Notes under the pieces: model-generated
Databases searched by the model: none
The model's input: only the letters and a program-made list of their open reading frames with translations
Told to the model about the DNA's origin: nothing
Shown: one piece after another, positions 1 to 13,290 of the stretch
How the letters are laid out: each line of letters starts with the position of its first letter
Position numbering within the stretch: position 1 is the first letter of the stretch
Assembly (NCBI RefSeq): GCF_902652985.1
Contig: NC_047030.1
Coordinates: forward strand, 9,796,001-9,860,000
DNA length: 64,000 nt
Direction: 5' to 3'
Origin: Pecten maximus
Lineage: Eukaryota
Made by a program: the position numbers and the translations under genes

Positions 1-160
1 CACTGGGGGAACAGTGAACTAATTGTATACTTGACACTGACACTGGGGAACAGTGAACTAATTATATACTTGACACTGACACTGAGGGAACAGTGAACTA
101 ATTGTATACTTGACACTGACACAGGGTGAACAGTGAACTAATTGTATACTTGACTCTGAT
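1..160. repeat. ~39-40-bp minisatellite (cactggggaacagtgaactaattgtatacttgacactga), about 4 copies, probably continuing past the window edge
   Basis: Direct tandem repeats visible; lies in an intron of the MIB-like gene. Confidence 0.9.
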
Positions 161-313
161 CCCACAAGAGGTAAACTATATACACTTAACGTGCAGTATT
201 AACCTTAAGAAATACATGTTCCCATCCATATTGATACCTGATTCACCTGTACAATTGTATATTATAAAGACATCTATAGTAGACATTGGATCCTCACATG
301 ACTAGTCACTCAC

Positions 314-418
314 CTCGCTCATGTTATTGTTCCAGCCTCCGTGTCCATCTTGAAGTCCCATCACAGTGTTATAGTCATTTAAGATCTTTACAGCTTCGTC
401 TTTGGTGAATGCATGGAT
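314..418 (-). CDS. MIB2: Mind bomb-like E3 ligase, coding exon 8 (second Mib repeat); gene continues beyond the window
   Basis: AG/GT-bounded 105-nt exon, phase 0/0: IHAFTKDEAVKILNDYNTVMGLQDGHGGWNNNMSE, with the LQxGHGGW Mib-repeat motif. Confidence 0.88.
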
Positions 419-547
419 CTGTTTTATAACAAAATGTGGAAATAACATGATAACTTATTTATCATTAGAACAAAATATTCAAAATCAATCTAGAAACTTA
501 AATAATCAAATAAGATATGCATTATTGAAACTAGCATATAATAGCAT

Positions 548-2116
548 ACCTAGCCTTGTGAGGGCACTCCTATATAAGGTCCACACCTTCCCATTATTAC
601 CAGACTTATAATACCTACCCGCCTTGTGAGGGCACTCCTATATAAGGTCCACACCTTCCCATAATTACCAGACTTATGATACCTACCCTTGTGAGGACAC
701 TCCTATATAAGGTCCATACCTTACCATCGTATTACCAGACTTATAATACCTACCCTTGTGAGGGCACTCCTATATAAGGTCCACACCTTACCATCGTATT
801 ACCAGACTTATGATACCTACCCTTGTGAGGACACTCCTATATAAGGTCCACACCTTACCATAATTACCAGACTTATGATACCTACCCTTGTGAGGACACT
901 CCTATATAAGGTCCACACCTTCCCATCTTATCACCAGACTTATAATACCTACCCTTGTGAGGGCACTCCTATATAAGGTCCACACCTTCCCATCTTATCA
1001 CCAGACTTATAATACCTACCCTTGTGAGGACACTCCTATATAAGGTCCACACCTTACCATTATCACCAGACTTATAATACCTACCCTTGTGAGGACACTC
1101 CTATATAAGGTCCACACCTTACCATCGTATTACCAGACTTATAATACCTACCCTTGTGAGGGCACTCCTATATAAGGTCCACACCTTCCCATTATTACCA
1201 GACTTATAATACCTACCCTTGTGAGGGCACTCCTATATAAGGTCCACACCTTACCATTATTACCAGACTTATAATACCTACCCTTGTGAGGACACTCCTA
1301 TATAAGGTCCACACCTTCCTATTATTACCAGACTTATGATACCTACCCTTGTGAGGACACTCCTATATAAGGTCCACACCTTACCATTATCACCAGACTT
1401 ATAATACCTACCCTTGTGAGGACACTCCTATATAAGGTCCACACCTTACCATCTTATTACCAGACTTATGATACCTACCCTTGTGAGGGCACTCCTATAT
1501 AAGGTCCACACCTTCCCATTATTACCAGACTTATAATACCTACCCTTGTGAGGACACTCCTATATAAGGTCCATACCTTACCATCTTATTACCAGACTTA
1601 TGATACCTACCCTTGTGAGGACACTCCTATATAAGGTCCACACCTTACCATCATATTACCAGACTTATAATACCTACCCTTGTGAGGACACTCCTATATA
1701 AGGTCCACACCTTACCATCTTATTACCAGACTTATAATACCTACCCTTGTGAGGACACTCCTATATAAGGTCCACACCTTACCATTATCATCAGACTTAT
1801 AATACCTACCCTTGTGAGGACATTCCTATATAAGGTCCACACCTTCCCATTATTACCAGACTTATGATACCTACCTTTGTGAGGACACTCCTATATAAGG
1901 TCCACACCTTCCCATTATTACCAGACTTATGATACCTACCCTTGTGAGGGCACTCCTATATAAGGTCCACACCTTACCATTATTACCAGACTTATGATAC
2001 CTACCCTTGTGAGGGCACTCCTATATAAGGTCCACACCTTACCATCTTATTACCAGACTTATGATACCTACCCTTGTGAGGGCACTCCTATGTAAGGTCC
2101 ACACTTTCCCATCTTC
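548..2116. repeat. 65/67-bp minisatellite, about 24 copies, derived from the 3' end of MIB exon 7 plus its splice donor
   Basis: Unit cccttgtgagggcactcctatataaggtccacaccttaccatcttattaccagacttatgataccta. Example unit starts: 1151, 1216, 1281, 1346, 1411, 1478. The last unit overlaps exon 2072-2182. Confidence 0.95.
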
Positions 2117-2182
2117 ATACTGGACTTTGACAGTCATGCCCTCAAACAGCATCTCCACAATGGTACCCAGTTCCTTTGTGCA
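2072..2182 (-). CDS. MIB2: Mind bomb-like E3 ligase, coding exon 7
   Basis: 111-nt exon tag|TGC...AGG|gtaggt, phase 0/0: CTKELGTIVEMLFEGMTVKVQYEDGKVWTLHRSALTR (second half of a Mib repeat). Confidence 0.85.
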
Positions 2183-2563
2183 CTACAGATTTTAAAACAA
2201 AAAGTGTACTCGCGTATGTTATACCAGGTAAACTTGGCTGTCAGGACTCAATTATCAAAAAGTTAAAGACAAAAACCCAGAAATATGTTGTTTGCGGAAA
2301 TGTTAAAAGCACACAAATTAAGAAAGGAATATCTAATGGTTTCGATAGGGATCTTTGTTCATACATTAAAGCCAAAATAAATTAGAACCGAAAACGTTGT
2401 ATACAAATCTTATCGTATGATACTATTATTATATAGATTTCTAATAAGTTTGATATAAAATATACTTGTTTTAACTGACAATTACAAGGGATATCTGGAA
2501 AAAGTTTAACGAACTCTCTGACTTCGAGACAACAATGTATGACTGAATAAAGCATTTGTTTAC

Positions 2564-2691
2564 CTGGTGCATACCGTCGTCCCAGCCTCCATACATATCA
2601 TGTTCCTGAAGTTTTTTCAGTGCGCCAATTTCCAGAGCCACTCTGACTTTGTCCGACGGTCTCATTGCTACCACACCTGGGTTAACCACAT
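2564..2691 (-). CDS. MIB2: Mind bomb-like E3 ligase, coding exon 6 (first Mib repeat)
   Basis: 128 nt, phase 1/0: DVVNPGVVAMRPSDKVRVALEIGALKKLQEHDMYGGWDDGMHQ; canonical splice sites. Confidence 0.88.
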
Positions 2692-3535
2692 CTACAGAGA
2701 AATGGATACAAAATCACATATTTATCCTGTTATCCAGTGAATTCTATAATATTTTTGCATTTGCACTGCGCCAGTAAGAAACTGAATATGACATCTTAAT
2801 ATGGACAATGATGTGATATCATGATTTGTGAATATATATACTGCAACAAAATGGCTGTCTAGACTGTTTGTTTAAGTCATCCATGCTCGGACTTTAAAAC
2901 AGCCAAAAGGCAGTTTATAGAAATTATATGATCAGATGTATCGGTTTGTATTCATTCCATATATGAGATGATTATGAAACTTGTCGGTCAAAGTTTTTAT
3001 TTCTACTGGCTATAAAAACTTCTACGACTCATTTTATGAAATTTCACATGAAATGAAAGCCGATTTTAATCATTAGATGATTATATATACCATAAACTTA
3101 TGATATAAATGATCAATGTATACTCTATTACAGCTATTATTAATATTGATATTGTGTTCAGTAGTACACAATTCCTGACATATACTTTTGAATGTGTTCT
3201 TAATATTCTATAACTCACAAAAAGAGGTCGATTGGGTCAACCTAGCTGTACCAATAACCTGTTAGTAATGCAATTTTAGAATGGATTGTAGGTCAGTCAT
3301 ATGCTAGTATGAATGCCATCTCATTCCATTAAGTAACAGAGAAAGCCACTAAGCTCAGCTCATTTGAACAAACTTTGGAATCATTTACCCCAGCATACCT
3401 CTGGCTCTGCCATGTTATGGCCCTGGACCACCAAAAGATCTCAAAAGTATTGATGCCAACTTGATATGTTTGGCTGATTGCTATAGCAACAGTACTGTAC
3501 TGGAAATAACCTATGATGCAGATTATTCTATTTAC

Positions 3536-3751
3536 CAACAACAGGTAGATGGTCTGGGTAGTAGGGCCCTCCTGAACCAATAGACTTTTTTGACTTGTAG
3601 AGGACATCCACACAGCCATCACCCCCAAGACGGTATTTGCCTTCAAAGTCAGTTTTTCTCCAGAGTACCTTGACCCCTCCCCTATATCCTTTTGGTTGGC
3701 TTGACCCCCAGGTCACCACTTCTTTGACCTCACCTTCTTCTCCGTCAGACC
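3536..3751 (-). CDS. MIB2: Mind bomb-like E3 ligase, coding exon 5 (second MIB/HERC2 domain, C-terminal part)
   Basis: 216 nt, phase 1/1: ...GEVKEV...KYRLGGDGCVDV...GGPYYPDHLPVVG, matching the Mind bomb YRxG..GxVD and YYxDHLPxLG motifs. Confidence 0.92.
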
Positions 3752-4559
3752 CTGTCATTGTCAAATTAAACAATACTATAGCAATTTTAATGTAGAATTG
3801 CAAGTTACTTCAAGCAGTGTTATGATTTACAGCTGTGAGTATGATATATTATTACTATGCTATAATTAACAGTGGTTAATACATCCTGATACATCTCGAT
3901 AAAATACAGTGAAAGTTGTTATACTTACTATATTTCCAAACATTAATTCACCCATAGCACTTATCAATTGCTTAAACTATTTTACACATTATAATTTTAA
4001 CCTAATTATATGATAAGCTCTTGTTATTGTATTGAAAAGGCTACTTTAATTTTTTTCATCTAATAAGACCCCATCCCCCCATTCAATTTTGACAATATTC
4101 TAGGCACCTTGGGTGCTTATTTCGATGAATGCCATATACAGTTAAAAACATTCAATAACACTACAAGGATATGGGTTGTCTTGCAGTCTCCCATCAATTT
4201 TATTGTAATCTGGATATTTCTTTTTTTTGTGTTTACAGAAAACAAAGATTAATAGATATCACATTAGAGTTTATATCTATAATATCAAAATTATAAAATT
4301 AATTAGTCTTTGAGGAGATATATATATTTCAACTACATTATACATGTAAGAGCACATTACATTCTATGCTTTATTTGAACATTTTGTTTTTTCAGGGGCA
4401 TTTTCAGAAACTGATATTAAAACTTTCAGAAGTATATAATGAAATATTCTGGGAAATTTGATCATTTTTGACGATTAGAGCAGGTTATGATATACAACAG
4501 CTATATCTGACTGAGTCTGACAAAAGGAGGTGGCCCTCCAATAACAGTTACTATATTAC

Positions 4560-4666
4560 CGTCCTGATTCTTCCATTTCCAGTGTGGTCCACGGACAACT
4601 TTGGCTCCTGGGAACACACCCATGGAGCCCACAGATTTAGACTTGGAGCGTGGTGGAACTGCCACT
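4560..4666 (-). CDS. MIB2: Mind bomb-like E3 ligase, coding exon 4 (second MIB/HERC2 domain, N-terminal part)
   Basis: 107 nt, phase 2/1: VAVPPRSKSKSVGSMGVFPGAKVVRGPHWKWKNQDG. Confidence 0.92.
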
Positions 4667-4904
4667 CTGTAGACAGACATTAAGTATATCAATTATCATG
4701 TTTATATATATATATATCAGGGAAGTAAAAGTGAGAGTAAAAACAATTTAATAAATTGTAGAATTTTTGAAACAATCCGCCCCTTTTAAAGTTATATATA
4801 ATTATATAAGAAATTACCTATTTGGATTATGGTCTTGATGATCAGACATAAACTTGACTTTTAGTACTGTGTGGAGTTAATATGATGCCTGAGCTTAATG
4901 CAGC

Positions 4905-5850
4905 GAGGGCACTTTTCTATCATAAAACTTACTCGCCATAGAGAGGGCACTATATATTCTATCACAAACATGATACTGGAAGCAGTGAGGGTACTATTCT
5001 ATCACAAAACATACTGGAAGCAGTGAGGGCACTATTCTATCACAAAATATACTGGACACGGTGAGGGCACTATTCTATCACAAAACATACTGGACACGGT
5101 GGTGAGGGCACTATTCTATCACAAACATGATACTGGAAGCAGTGAGGGCACTATTCTATCACAAAACATACTGGACACGGTGAGGGCACTATTCTATCAC
5201 AAACATGATACTGGAAGCAGTGAGGGCACTATTCTATCACAAAACATACTGGACACGGTGGTGAGGGCACTATTCTATCACAAACATGATACTGGAAGCA
5301 GTGAGGGCACTATTCTATCACAAAACATACTGGACACGGTGAGGGCACTATTCTATCACAAAACATACTGGACACGGTGGTAAGGGCACTATTCTATCAC
5401 AAACATGATATTGGAAGCAGTGAGGGCACTATTCTATCACAAAACATATTGGACACGGTGAGGGCACTATTCTATCACAAAACATACTGGACACGATGAG
5501 GGCACTATTCTATCACAAACATGATACTGGAAGCAGTGAGGGCACTATTCTATCACAAAACATACTGGACACGGTGGTGAGGGCACTATTCTATCACAAA
5601 CATGATACTGGAAGCAGTGAGGGCACTATTCTATCACAAAGCATACTGGACATGGTGAGGGCACTATTCTATCACAAAACATACTGGACACGGTGGTGAG
5701 GGCACTATTCTATCACAAACGTGATACTGGAAGCAGTGAGGGCACTATTCTATCACAAACCATACTGGACACGGTGAGGGCACTATTCTATCACAAACAT
5801 GATACTGGAAGCAGTGAGGGCACTATTCTATTACAAAACATACTATGAAG
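4905..5850. repeat. ~39-42-bp minisatellite with two alternating variants (about 81-84-bp higher-order unit)
   Basis: Core gagggcactattctatcacaaa followed alternately by acatactggacacggt or catgatactggaagcagt. Confidence 0.93.
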
Positions 5851-6468
5851 CAGGTGTCCTTATACATGTGTATTTATTCTCAGTTTATCACTGAAATTAT
5901 TTTCATTCTTGATTTAACACATCTTTACATCAAATGAAACCAACAAAAATGATTTAAACAATTTACTTACAAAAACATTCCCATTGAAGAAAATTTTCAT
6001 AAATATTGAAGAATTGGAAGGAACAAATTACAATGTACATAGCCTGGTGCTGTACATCACAGTGAAGGATATATACACTGTACACATACAATTCTAGTAA
6101 GTTTTATACTTGAGTGTATGGACATACATGATCGTTTATATTTTATTGAAGCTTTACTTTGAAAATATTATTACATTTGCAAAAAATCTTTCTTCAATAC
6201 AATTCACAGACAGCATGATCACTGAGTTAGCACATCTCGATGTGTTATACACAGACATTTTGGTATTTGTTAACAGGTACAGAAATATCAGAGGTCAAAA
6301 ACGTGCTCTCTCTGGATCAGACATCATGCTAACTAATGGTGTGGGGAAAAGTGTTAATTGATGGGGTAATGTACAATTTATTAGGATAGGTTTGAGGAAG
6401 TGTTTCAACATCATGTACACAAGTGAAGGATGGGTTGGGGGGAGTGTTCCAACATCATGTACACTTAA

Positions 6469-7383
6469 AGGGACATCACGGTAAAAACGTTGTTATTTTC
6501 ATTGAATGTACGTGTTTTGTTCCTTTCCAGTTATGTTTCTGTGCCATCCCAATATTCATTGTCAATCCCTATGTCCAGATTGACCACTTGTTTTAGTTGG
6601 GAATCTCCCTCTAAATTTAGTGCCGAAATTATTTTAAAATCATTACGTGACTGTTTTGAAATCAAGGCATTTTCATTTGTAAACACAAACGCACGATAGC
6701 TTACAAGTCAAAATATTCCATCTGGGTTAGTTGGATTACGATATTATACAGTGGTTTAAATGTTAAATAGCACGTTCTGTACATATTCCGGCGCAAATAT
6801 TTATGAGTAAGTGTAAACACTGTACATATAATATAGTGACAGTAGCGATGTACTGGTACAGACTGTATAAATATTACCGAGTTTGTGTAGATATTACGGA
6901 GTTTGTATAAATATTACCGAGTTTGTTATGGCCTACTATCCAGCAATCAAGCAGAATAGGAGCAGCATCCATATTACTGCAGTCATTGTCTTCATGTTTG
7001 AACCGTTCCAATCTATTGTACTACTTCCCCAGTGTAAGTCTAGGATTGTCTTTGACTCATTTGCCCATTATTCTCTTTATTGTGGAAGCTGTTATCGTTT
7101 TTCAGCCGCAGTCGATTCAAGTTGGAAGCCATTTTTATTTTCAGGTGTTTTAGGTTGTTGTTCGCCTGCGTTTTATCGTGTATATCACAATATTTACATA
7201 TCCAGACTGATGATCAACAAATTGTGATAACCTTTTTATAATTAATAATAATTTTATTGATGTTTTTTATGTACATATATCATCAAATTCAAATGGTTAT
7301 TGTTCATAAGATTATATTTTTTAAAGATATACCCAATAATATGAAAAAATACAAAAACAAAATTGGTTTACCGTGATGTCCCT
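6469..7383. mobile_element. Non-autonomous TIR element (MITE) with TTAA target duplication, Kolobok-like termini
   Basis: 17-bp TIR AGGGACATCACGGTAAA / TTTACCGTGATGTCCCT flanked by TTAA at 6465-6468 and 7384-7387; no recognisable coding sequence. Confidence 0.8.
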
Positions 7384-10300
7384 TTAAAGAGGTGGATGGG
7401 TTGGGGGAAGTGTTCCAACATGTACACAAGCTTAAAGAGGTGGATGGGTTGGGGGAAGTGTTCCAACATGTACACTAGCTTAAAGAGGTGGATGGGTTGG
7501 GGGAAGTGTTCCAATATGTACACAAGTTTAAAGAGGTGGATGGGTTGGGGAAGTGTTCCAACATGTACACTAGCTTAAAGAGGTGGATGGGTTGGGGAAG
7601 TGTTCCAACATGTACACTAGCTTAAAGAGGTGGATGGGTTGGGGGAAGTGTTCCAACATGTACACTAGCTTAAAGAGGTGGATGGGTTGGGGAAGTGTTC
7701 CAACATGTACACAAGTTTAAAGAGGTGGATGGGTTGGGGGAAGTGTTCCAACATGTACACTAGTTCAAAGAGGTGGATGGGTTGGGGAAGTGTTCCAACA
7801 TGTACACTAGCTTAAAGAGGTGGATGGGTTGGGGGAAGTGTTCCAACATGTACACTAGCTTAAAGAGGTGGATGGGTTGGGGAAGTGTTCCAACATGTAC
7901 ACTAGATTAAAGAGGTGGATGGGTTGGGGAAGTGTTCCAACATGTACACTAGCTTAAAGAGAAGGATGGGTTGGGGGAAGTGTTCCAACATGTACACTAG
8001 CTTAAAGAGGTGGATGGGTTGGGTGAAGTGTTCCTACATGTACACTGGCTTAAAGAGGTGGATGGGTTGGGTGAAGTGTTCCAACATGTACACTGGCTTA
8101 AAGAGGTGGATGGGTTGGGGAAGTGTTCCAACATGTACACTAGCTTAAAGAGATGGATGGGTTGGGTGAAGTGTTCCTACATGTACACTGGCTTAAAGAG
8201 GTGGATGGGTTGGGTGAAGTGTTCCAACATGTACACTGGCTTAAAGAGGTGGATGGGTTGGGGAAGTGTTCCAACATTTACACAAGTTAAAGAGGTGGAT
8301 GGGTTGGGGAAGTGTTCCAACATTTACACAAGTTTAAAGAGGTGGATGGGTTGGGGGAAGTGTTCCAACATCTACACTAGCTTAAAGAGGTGGATGGGTT
8401 GGGGAAGTGTTCCAACATCTACACTAGCTTAAAGAGGTGGATGGGTTGGGGAAGTGTTCCAACATTTACACAAGTTTAAAGAGGTGGATGGGTTGGGGGA
8501 AGTGTTCCAACATCTACACTAGCTTAAAGAGGTGGATGGGTTGGGGAAGTGTTCCAACATTTACACAAGTTTAAAGAGGTGGATGGGTTGGGGGAAGTGT
8601 TCCAACATCTACACTAGCTTAAAGAGGTGGATGGGTTGGGGAAGTGTTCCAACATCTACACTAGCTTAAAGAGGTGGATGGGTTGGGGGAAGTGTTCCAA
8701 CATCTACACTAGCTTAAAGAGGTGGATGGGTTGGGGGAAGTGTTCCAACATGTACACTAGCTTAAAGAGATGGATGGGTTGGGTGAAGTGTTCCTACATG
8801 TACACTGGCTTAAAGAGGTGGATGGGTTGGGTGAAGTGTTCCAACATGTACACTGGCTTAAAGAGGTGGATGGGTTGGGGAAGTGTTCCAACATTTACAC
8901 AAGTTAAAGAGGTGGATGGGTTGGGGAAGTGTTCCAACATTTACACAAGTTTAAAGAGGTGGATGGGTTGGGGGAAGTGTTCCAACATCTACACTAGCTT
9001 AAAGAGGTGGATGGGTTGGGGAAGTGTTCCAACATGTACACTAGCTTAAAGAGGTGGATGGGTTGGGGGAAGTGTTCCAACATGTACACTAGCTTAAAGA
9101 GGTGGATGGGTTGGGGAAGTGTTCCAACATTTACACAAGTTAAAGAGGTGGATGGGTTGGGGAAGTGTTCCAACATTTACACAAGTTTAAAGAGGTGGAT
9201 TGGTTGGGGAAGTGTTCCAACATGTACACAAGCTTAAAGAGAAGGATGGGTTGGGGGAAGTGTTCCAAGATGTACACAAGCTTAAAGAGGTGGATGGGTT
9301 GGGGGAAGTGTTCCAACATGTACACTAGCTTAAAGAGGTAGATGGGTTGGGGGAAGTGTTCCAACATGTACACTAGCTTAAAGAGGTGGATGGGTTGGGG
9401 AAGTGTTCCAACATGTACACTAGCTTAAAGAGGTGGATGGGTTGGGGGAAGTGTTCCAACATGTACACTAGCTTAAAGAGGTGGATGGGTTGGGGGAAGT
9501 GTTCCAACATGTACACTAGCTTAAAGAGGTGGATGGGTTGGGGGAAGTGTTCCAACATGTACACTAGCTTAAAGAGGTAGATGGGTTGGGGGAAGTGTTC
9601 CAACATGTACACTAGCTTAAAGAGGTGGATGGGTTGGGGAAGTGTTCCAACATGTACACTAGCTTAAAGAGGTGGATGGGTTGGGGGAAGTGTTCCAACA
9701 TGTACACTAGCTTAAAGAGGTGGATGGGTTGGGGAAGTGTTCCAACGTGTACACTAGCTTAAAGAGGTGGATGGGTTGGGGAAGTGTTCCAATATGTACA
9801 CTGGCTTAAAGAGGTGGATGGGTTGGGGGAAGTGTTCCAACATGTACACTAGCTTAAAGAGGTGGATGGGTTGGGGGAAGTGTTCCAACGTGTACACAAG
9901 TTTAAAGAGGTGGATGGGTTGGGGGAAGTGTTCCAACATGTACACTAGCTTAAAGAGGTGGATGGGTTGGGGGAAGTGTTCCAACATGTACACTAGCTTA
10001 AAGAGAAGGATCGGTTGGGTGAAGTGTTCCAACGTGTACACTAGTTTAAAGAGGTGGATGGGTTGGGGGAAGTGTTCCAACATGTACACTAGCTTAAAGA
10101 GGTGGATGGGTTGGGGGAAGTGTTCCAACATGTACACAAGCTAAAAGAGGTGGATGGGTTGGGGGAAGTGTTCCAACATATACACTAGCTTAAAGAAAAG
10201 GATGGGTTGGGGGAAGTGTTCCAATATGTACACTGGCTTAAAGAGGTGGATGGGTTGGGGGAAGTGTTCCAACATGTACACAAGCTTAAAGAGGTGGATG

Positions 10301-12380
10301 GGTTGGGGGAAGTGTTCCAACATGTACACAAGCTTAAAGAAGTGGATGGGTTGGGGGAAGTGTTCCAACATGTACACTAGCTTAAAGAGATGGATGGGTT
10401 GGGGGAAGTGTTCCAACGTGTACACTAGCTTAAAGAGGTGGATGGGTTGGGGGAAGTGTTCCAACATGTACACTAGCTTAAAGAGGAGGATGGGTTGGGG
10501 AAGTGTTCCAACATGTACACTAGCTTAAAGAGGTGGATGGGCTGGGGGAAGTGTTCCAACATGTACACTAGCTTAAAGAGAAGGATGGGTTGGGGAAGTG
10601 TTCCAATATGTACACAAGTTTAAAGAGATGGATGGGTTGGGGAAGTGTTCCAACATGTACACTAGCTTAAAGAGGTGGATGGGTTGGGGAAGTGTTCCAA
10701 CATGTACACTAGCTTAAAGAGGTGGATGGGTTGGGGAAGTGTTCCCACATGTACACTGGCTTAAAGAGGTGGATGGGTTGGGGGAAGTGTTCCAACATGT
10801 ACACTAGCTTAAAGAGGTGGATGGGTTGGGGGAAGTGTTCCAACATGTACACAAGCTTAAAGAGGTGGATGGGTTGGGCAAGTGTTCCAACATGTACACT
10901 AGTTTAAAGAGGTGGATGGGTTGGGGAAGTGTTCCAACATGTACACTAGATTAAAGAGGTGGATGGGTTGGGGGAAGTGTTCCAATATGTACACAAGTTT
11001 AAAGAGATGGATGGGTTAGAGGAAGTGTTCCAACATGTACACTAGCTTAAAGAGGTGGATGGGTTGGGGGAAGTGTTCCAACATGTACACTAGCTTAAAG
11101 AGAAGGATGGGTTGGGGGAAGTGTTCCAACATGTACACTAGCTTAAAGAGGTGGATGGGTTGGGGAAGTGTTCCAACATGTACACTAGCTTAAAGAGGTG
11201 GATGGGTTGGGGAAGTGTTCCAACATGTACACTAGCTTAAAGAGGTGGATGGGTTGGGGAAGTGTTCCAACATGTACACTAGCTTAAAGAGGTGGATGGG
11301 TTGGGGAAGTGTTCCAACATGTACACTAGCTTAAAGAGGTGGATGGGTTGGGGGAAGTGTTCCAACATGTACACTAGCTTAAAGAGATGGATGGGTTGGG
11401 GGAAGTGTTCCAACATGTACACTAGCTTAAAGAGGTGGATGGGTTGGGGGAAGTGTTCCAACATGTACACAAGCTTAAAGAGGTGGATTGGTTGGGGGAA
11501 GTGTTCCAACATGTATACTAGCTTAAAGAGGTGGATGGGTTGGGGAAGTGTTCCAACATGTACACTAGCTTAAAGAGGAGGATGGGTTGGGGGAAGTGTT
11601 CCAACGTGTACACTAGCTTAAAGAGGTGGATGGGTTGGGGGAAGTGTTCCAACATGTACACTAGCTTAAAGAGGTGGATGGGTTGGGGAAGTGTTCCAAC
11701 ATGTACACTAGCTTAAAGAGGTGGATGGGTTGGGGAAGTGTTCCAACATGTACACTAGCTTAAAGAGGTGGATGGGTTGGGGGAAGTGTTCCAACATGTA
11801 CACTAGCTTAAAGAGGTGGATGGGTTGGGGAAGTGTTCCAACATGTACACTAGCTTAAAGAGGTGGATGGGTTGGGGGAAGTGTTCCAACGTGTACACTA
11901 GCTTAAAGAGGTGGATGGGTTGGGGGAAGTGTTCCAACATGTACACTAGCTTAAAGAGGTGGATGGGTTGGGGAAGTGTTCCAACATGTACACAAGCTTA
12001 AAGAGGTGGATGGGTTGGGGGAAGTGTTCCAACATGTACACAAGCTTAAAGAGGTGGATGGGTTGGGGGAAGTGTTCCAACATGTACACAAGCTTAAAGA
12101 GGTGGATGGGTTGGGGGAAGTGTTCCAATATGTACACAAGCTTAAAGAAGTGGATGGGTTGGGGGAAGTGTTCCAACATGTACACTAGCTTAAAGAGGTG
12201 GATGGGTTGGGTGAAGTGTTCCAACATGTACACTAGCTTAAAGAGGTGGATGGGTTGGGGGAAGTGTTCCAACATGTACTCTAGCTTAAAGAGGTGGATG
12301 GGTTGGGGGAAGTGTTCCAACATGTACACAAGCTTAAAGAAGTGGATGGGTTGGGGGAAGTGTTCCAACATGTACACTAG
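7384..12380. repeat. 47/48-bp G-rich satellite, about 105 copies
   Basis: Unit ttaaagaggtggatgggttgggg(g)aagtgttccaacatgtacactagc. Diverged units flank the array at about 6385-6465 and 12490-12800. Confidence 0.97.
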
Positions 12381-12384
12381 AGGT

Positions 12385-12485
12385 TTGGTTAATTTTGTTT
12401 GCCGTCCTATTAACAGCCAGGGTCATATAAGGACGTGCCAGGTTTTGGAGGTGGAGGAAAGCCGGAGTACGCAGAGGAAAACCAA
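12385..12485 (-). mobile_element. SINE 3'-end fragment
   Basis: gtcctattaacagccagggtcat...ggaggaaagccggagtacgcagaggaaaacca resembles the reverse complement of the conserved central box and tail of mollusc tRNA-derived SINEs; recognised from memory. Confidence 0.55.
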
Positions 12486-12921
12486 ATGTCATGTTCACTT
12501 AAAATGTCATGGTCACTAGAGGAGGATGGGTAGGGGAAATGTTTCAACATCATGTTCACTTAAATTAAGGATGGGTTGGAGGGGTGGTGGTGTTCCAATG
12601 TCATGTTCACTAGAGGAGGGAGGGTTGGGGTTGGGGTTGGGGGGGGGGGGGGGGGGGGGCAGGGGGGAGTGTTCAAATGTCATGTTCACTTAAAATGTCA
12701 TGGTCACTAGAGGAGGATGGGAAGGGGGAAATGTTTAAACATCATGTTCACTTAAACTGAGGATTGGTTGGGGAAGTGTTCCAATGTCATGTCCACTAGA
12801 TGTATGGAGGGAAAAGTTTAGAAAAGTGTACTGTGTCTTTTGGTAAATAAACTCATACATGAAATTTTCTCTGTAGATATGCACTAAGTTGTAGTTTGTG
12901 ATTTGCTTAAACAACACTTAC

Positions 12922-13099
12922 GCAGCAGACTTCTCCACATCAATCCTCACAAATCCATGTCTGAGATTATGTTGTCGACCCATATAGCAATGGGTGCAAA
13001 GGTCAAAGTCATCACAGACGGCACACTTCCATCGAAAACCTTTGACCTTTGACTCATGACACCCTTCACCATCACATATGATATTTTCATGGACCACAC
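12922..13099 (-). CDS. MIB2: Mind bomb-like E3 ligase, coding exon 3 (ZZ-type zinc finger)
   Basis: 178 nt, phase 1/2: GVVHENIICDGEGC...GFRWKCAVCDDFDLCTHCYMGRQHNLRHGFVRID. Confidence 0.95.
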
Positions 13100-13290
13100 C
13101 TAGAAACAACAATTAATTAAATTTAACTTAGCAGGATTTTTCTTTACCATTTTTCTATGGAGCCCATTTATATAACATGTAGATGCACATTTTTTTAGTT
13201 ACTGTCGTATTTGCATTCATACAAGTAAATGTACCCTATATATAATTAAGCCAAAGATTTTCATAAGAGATTTTTAGGACAAGCTACCCC

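Noticed and set aside
5099-5699. Repetitive ORFs (RALFYHKHDTGSSEG)
   Set aside because: Minisatellite translation, antisense within an intron.
7363-12519. Many ORFs (KRWMGWGKCSNMYTSL and reverse frames)
   Set aside because: Translations of the 47/48-bp satellite; frequent 1-nt unit length changes break the frame.
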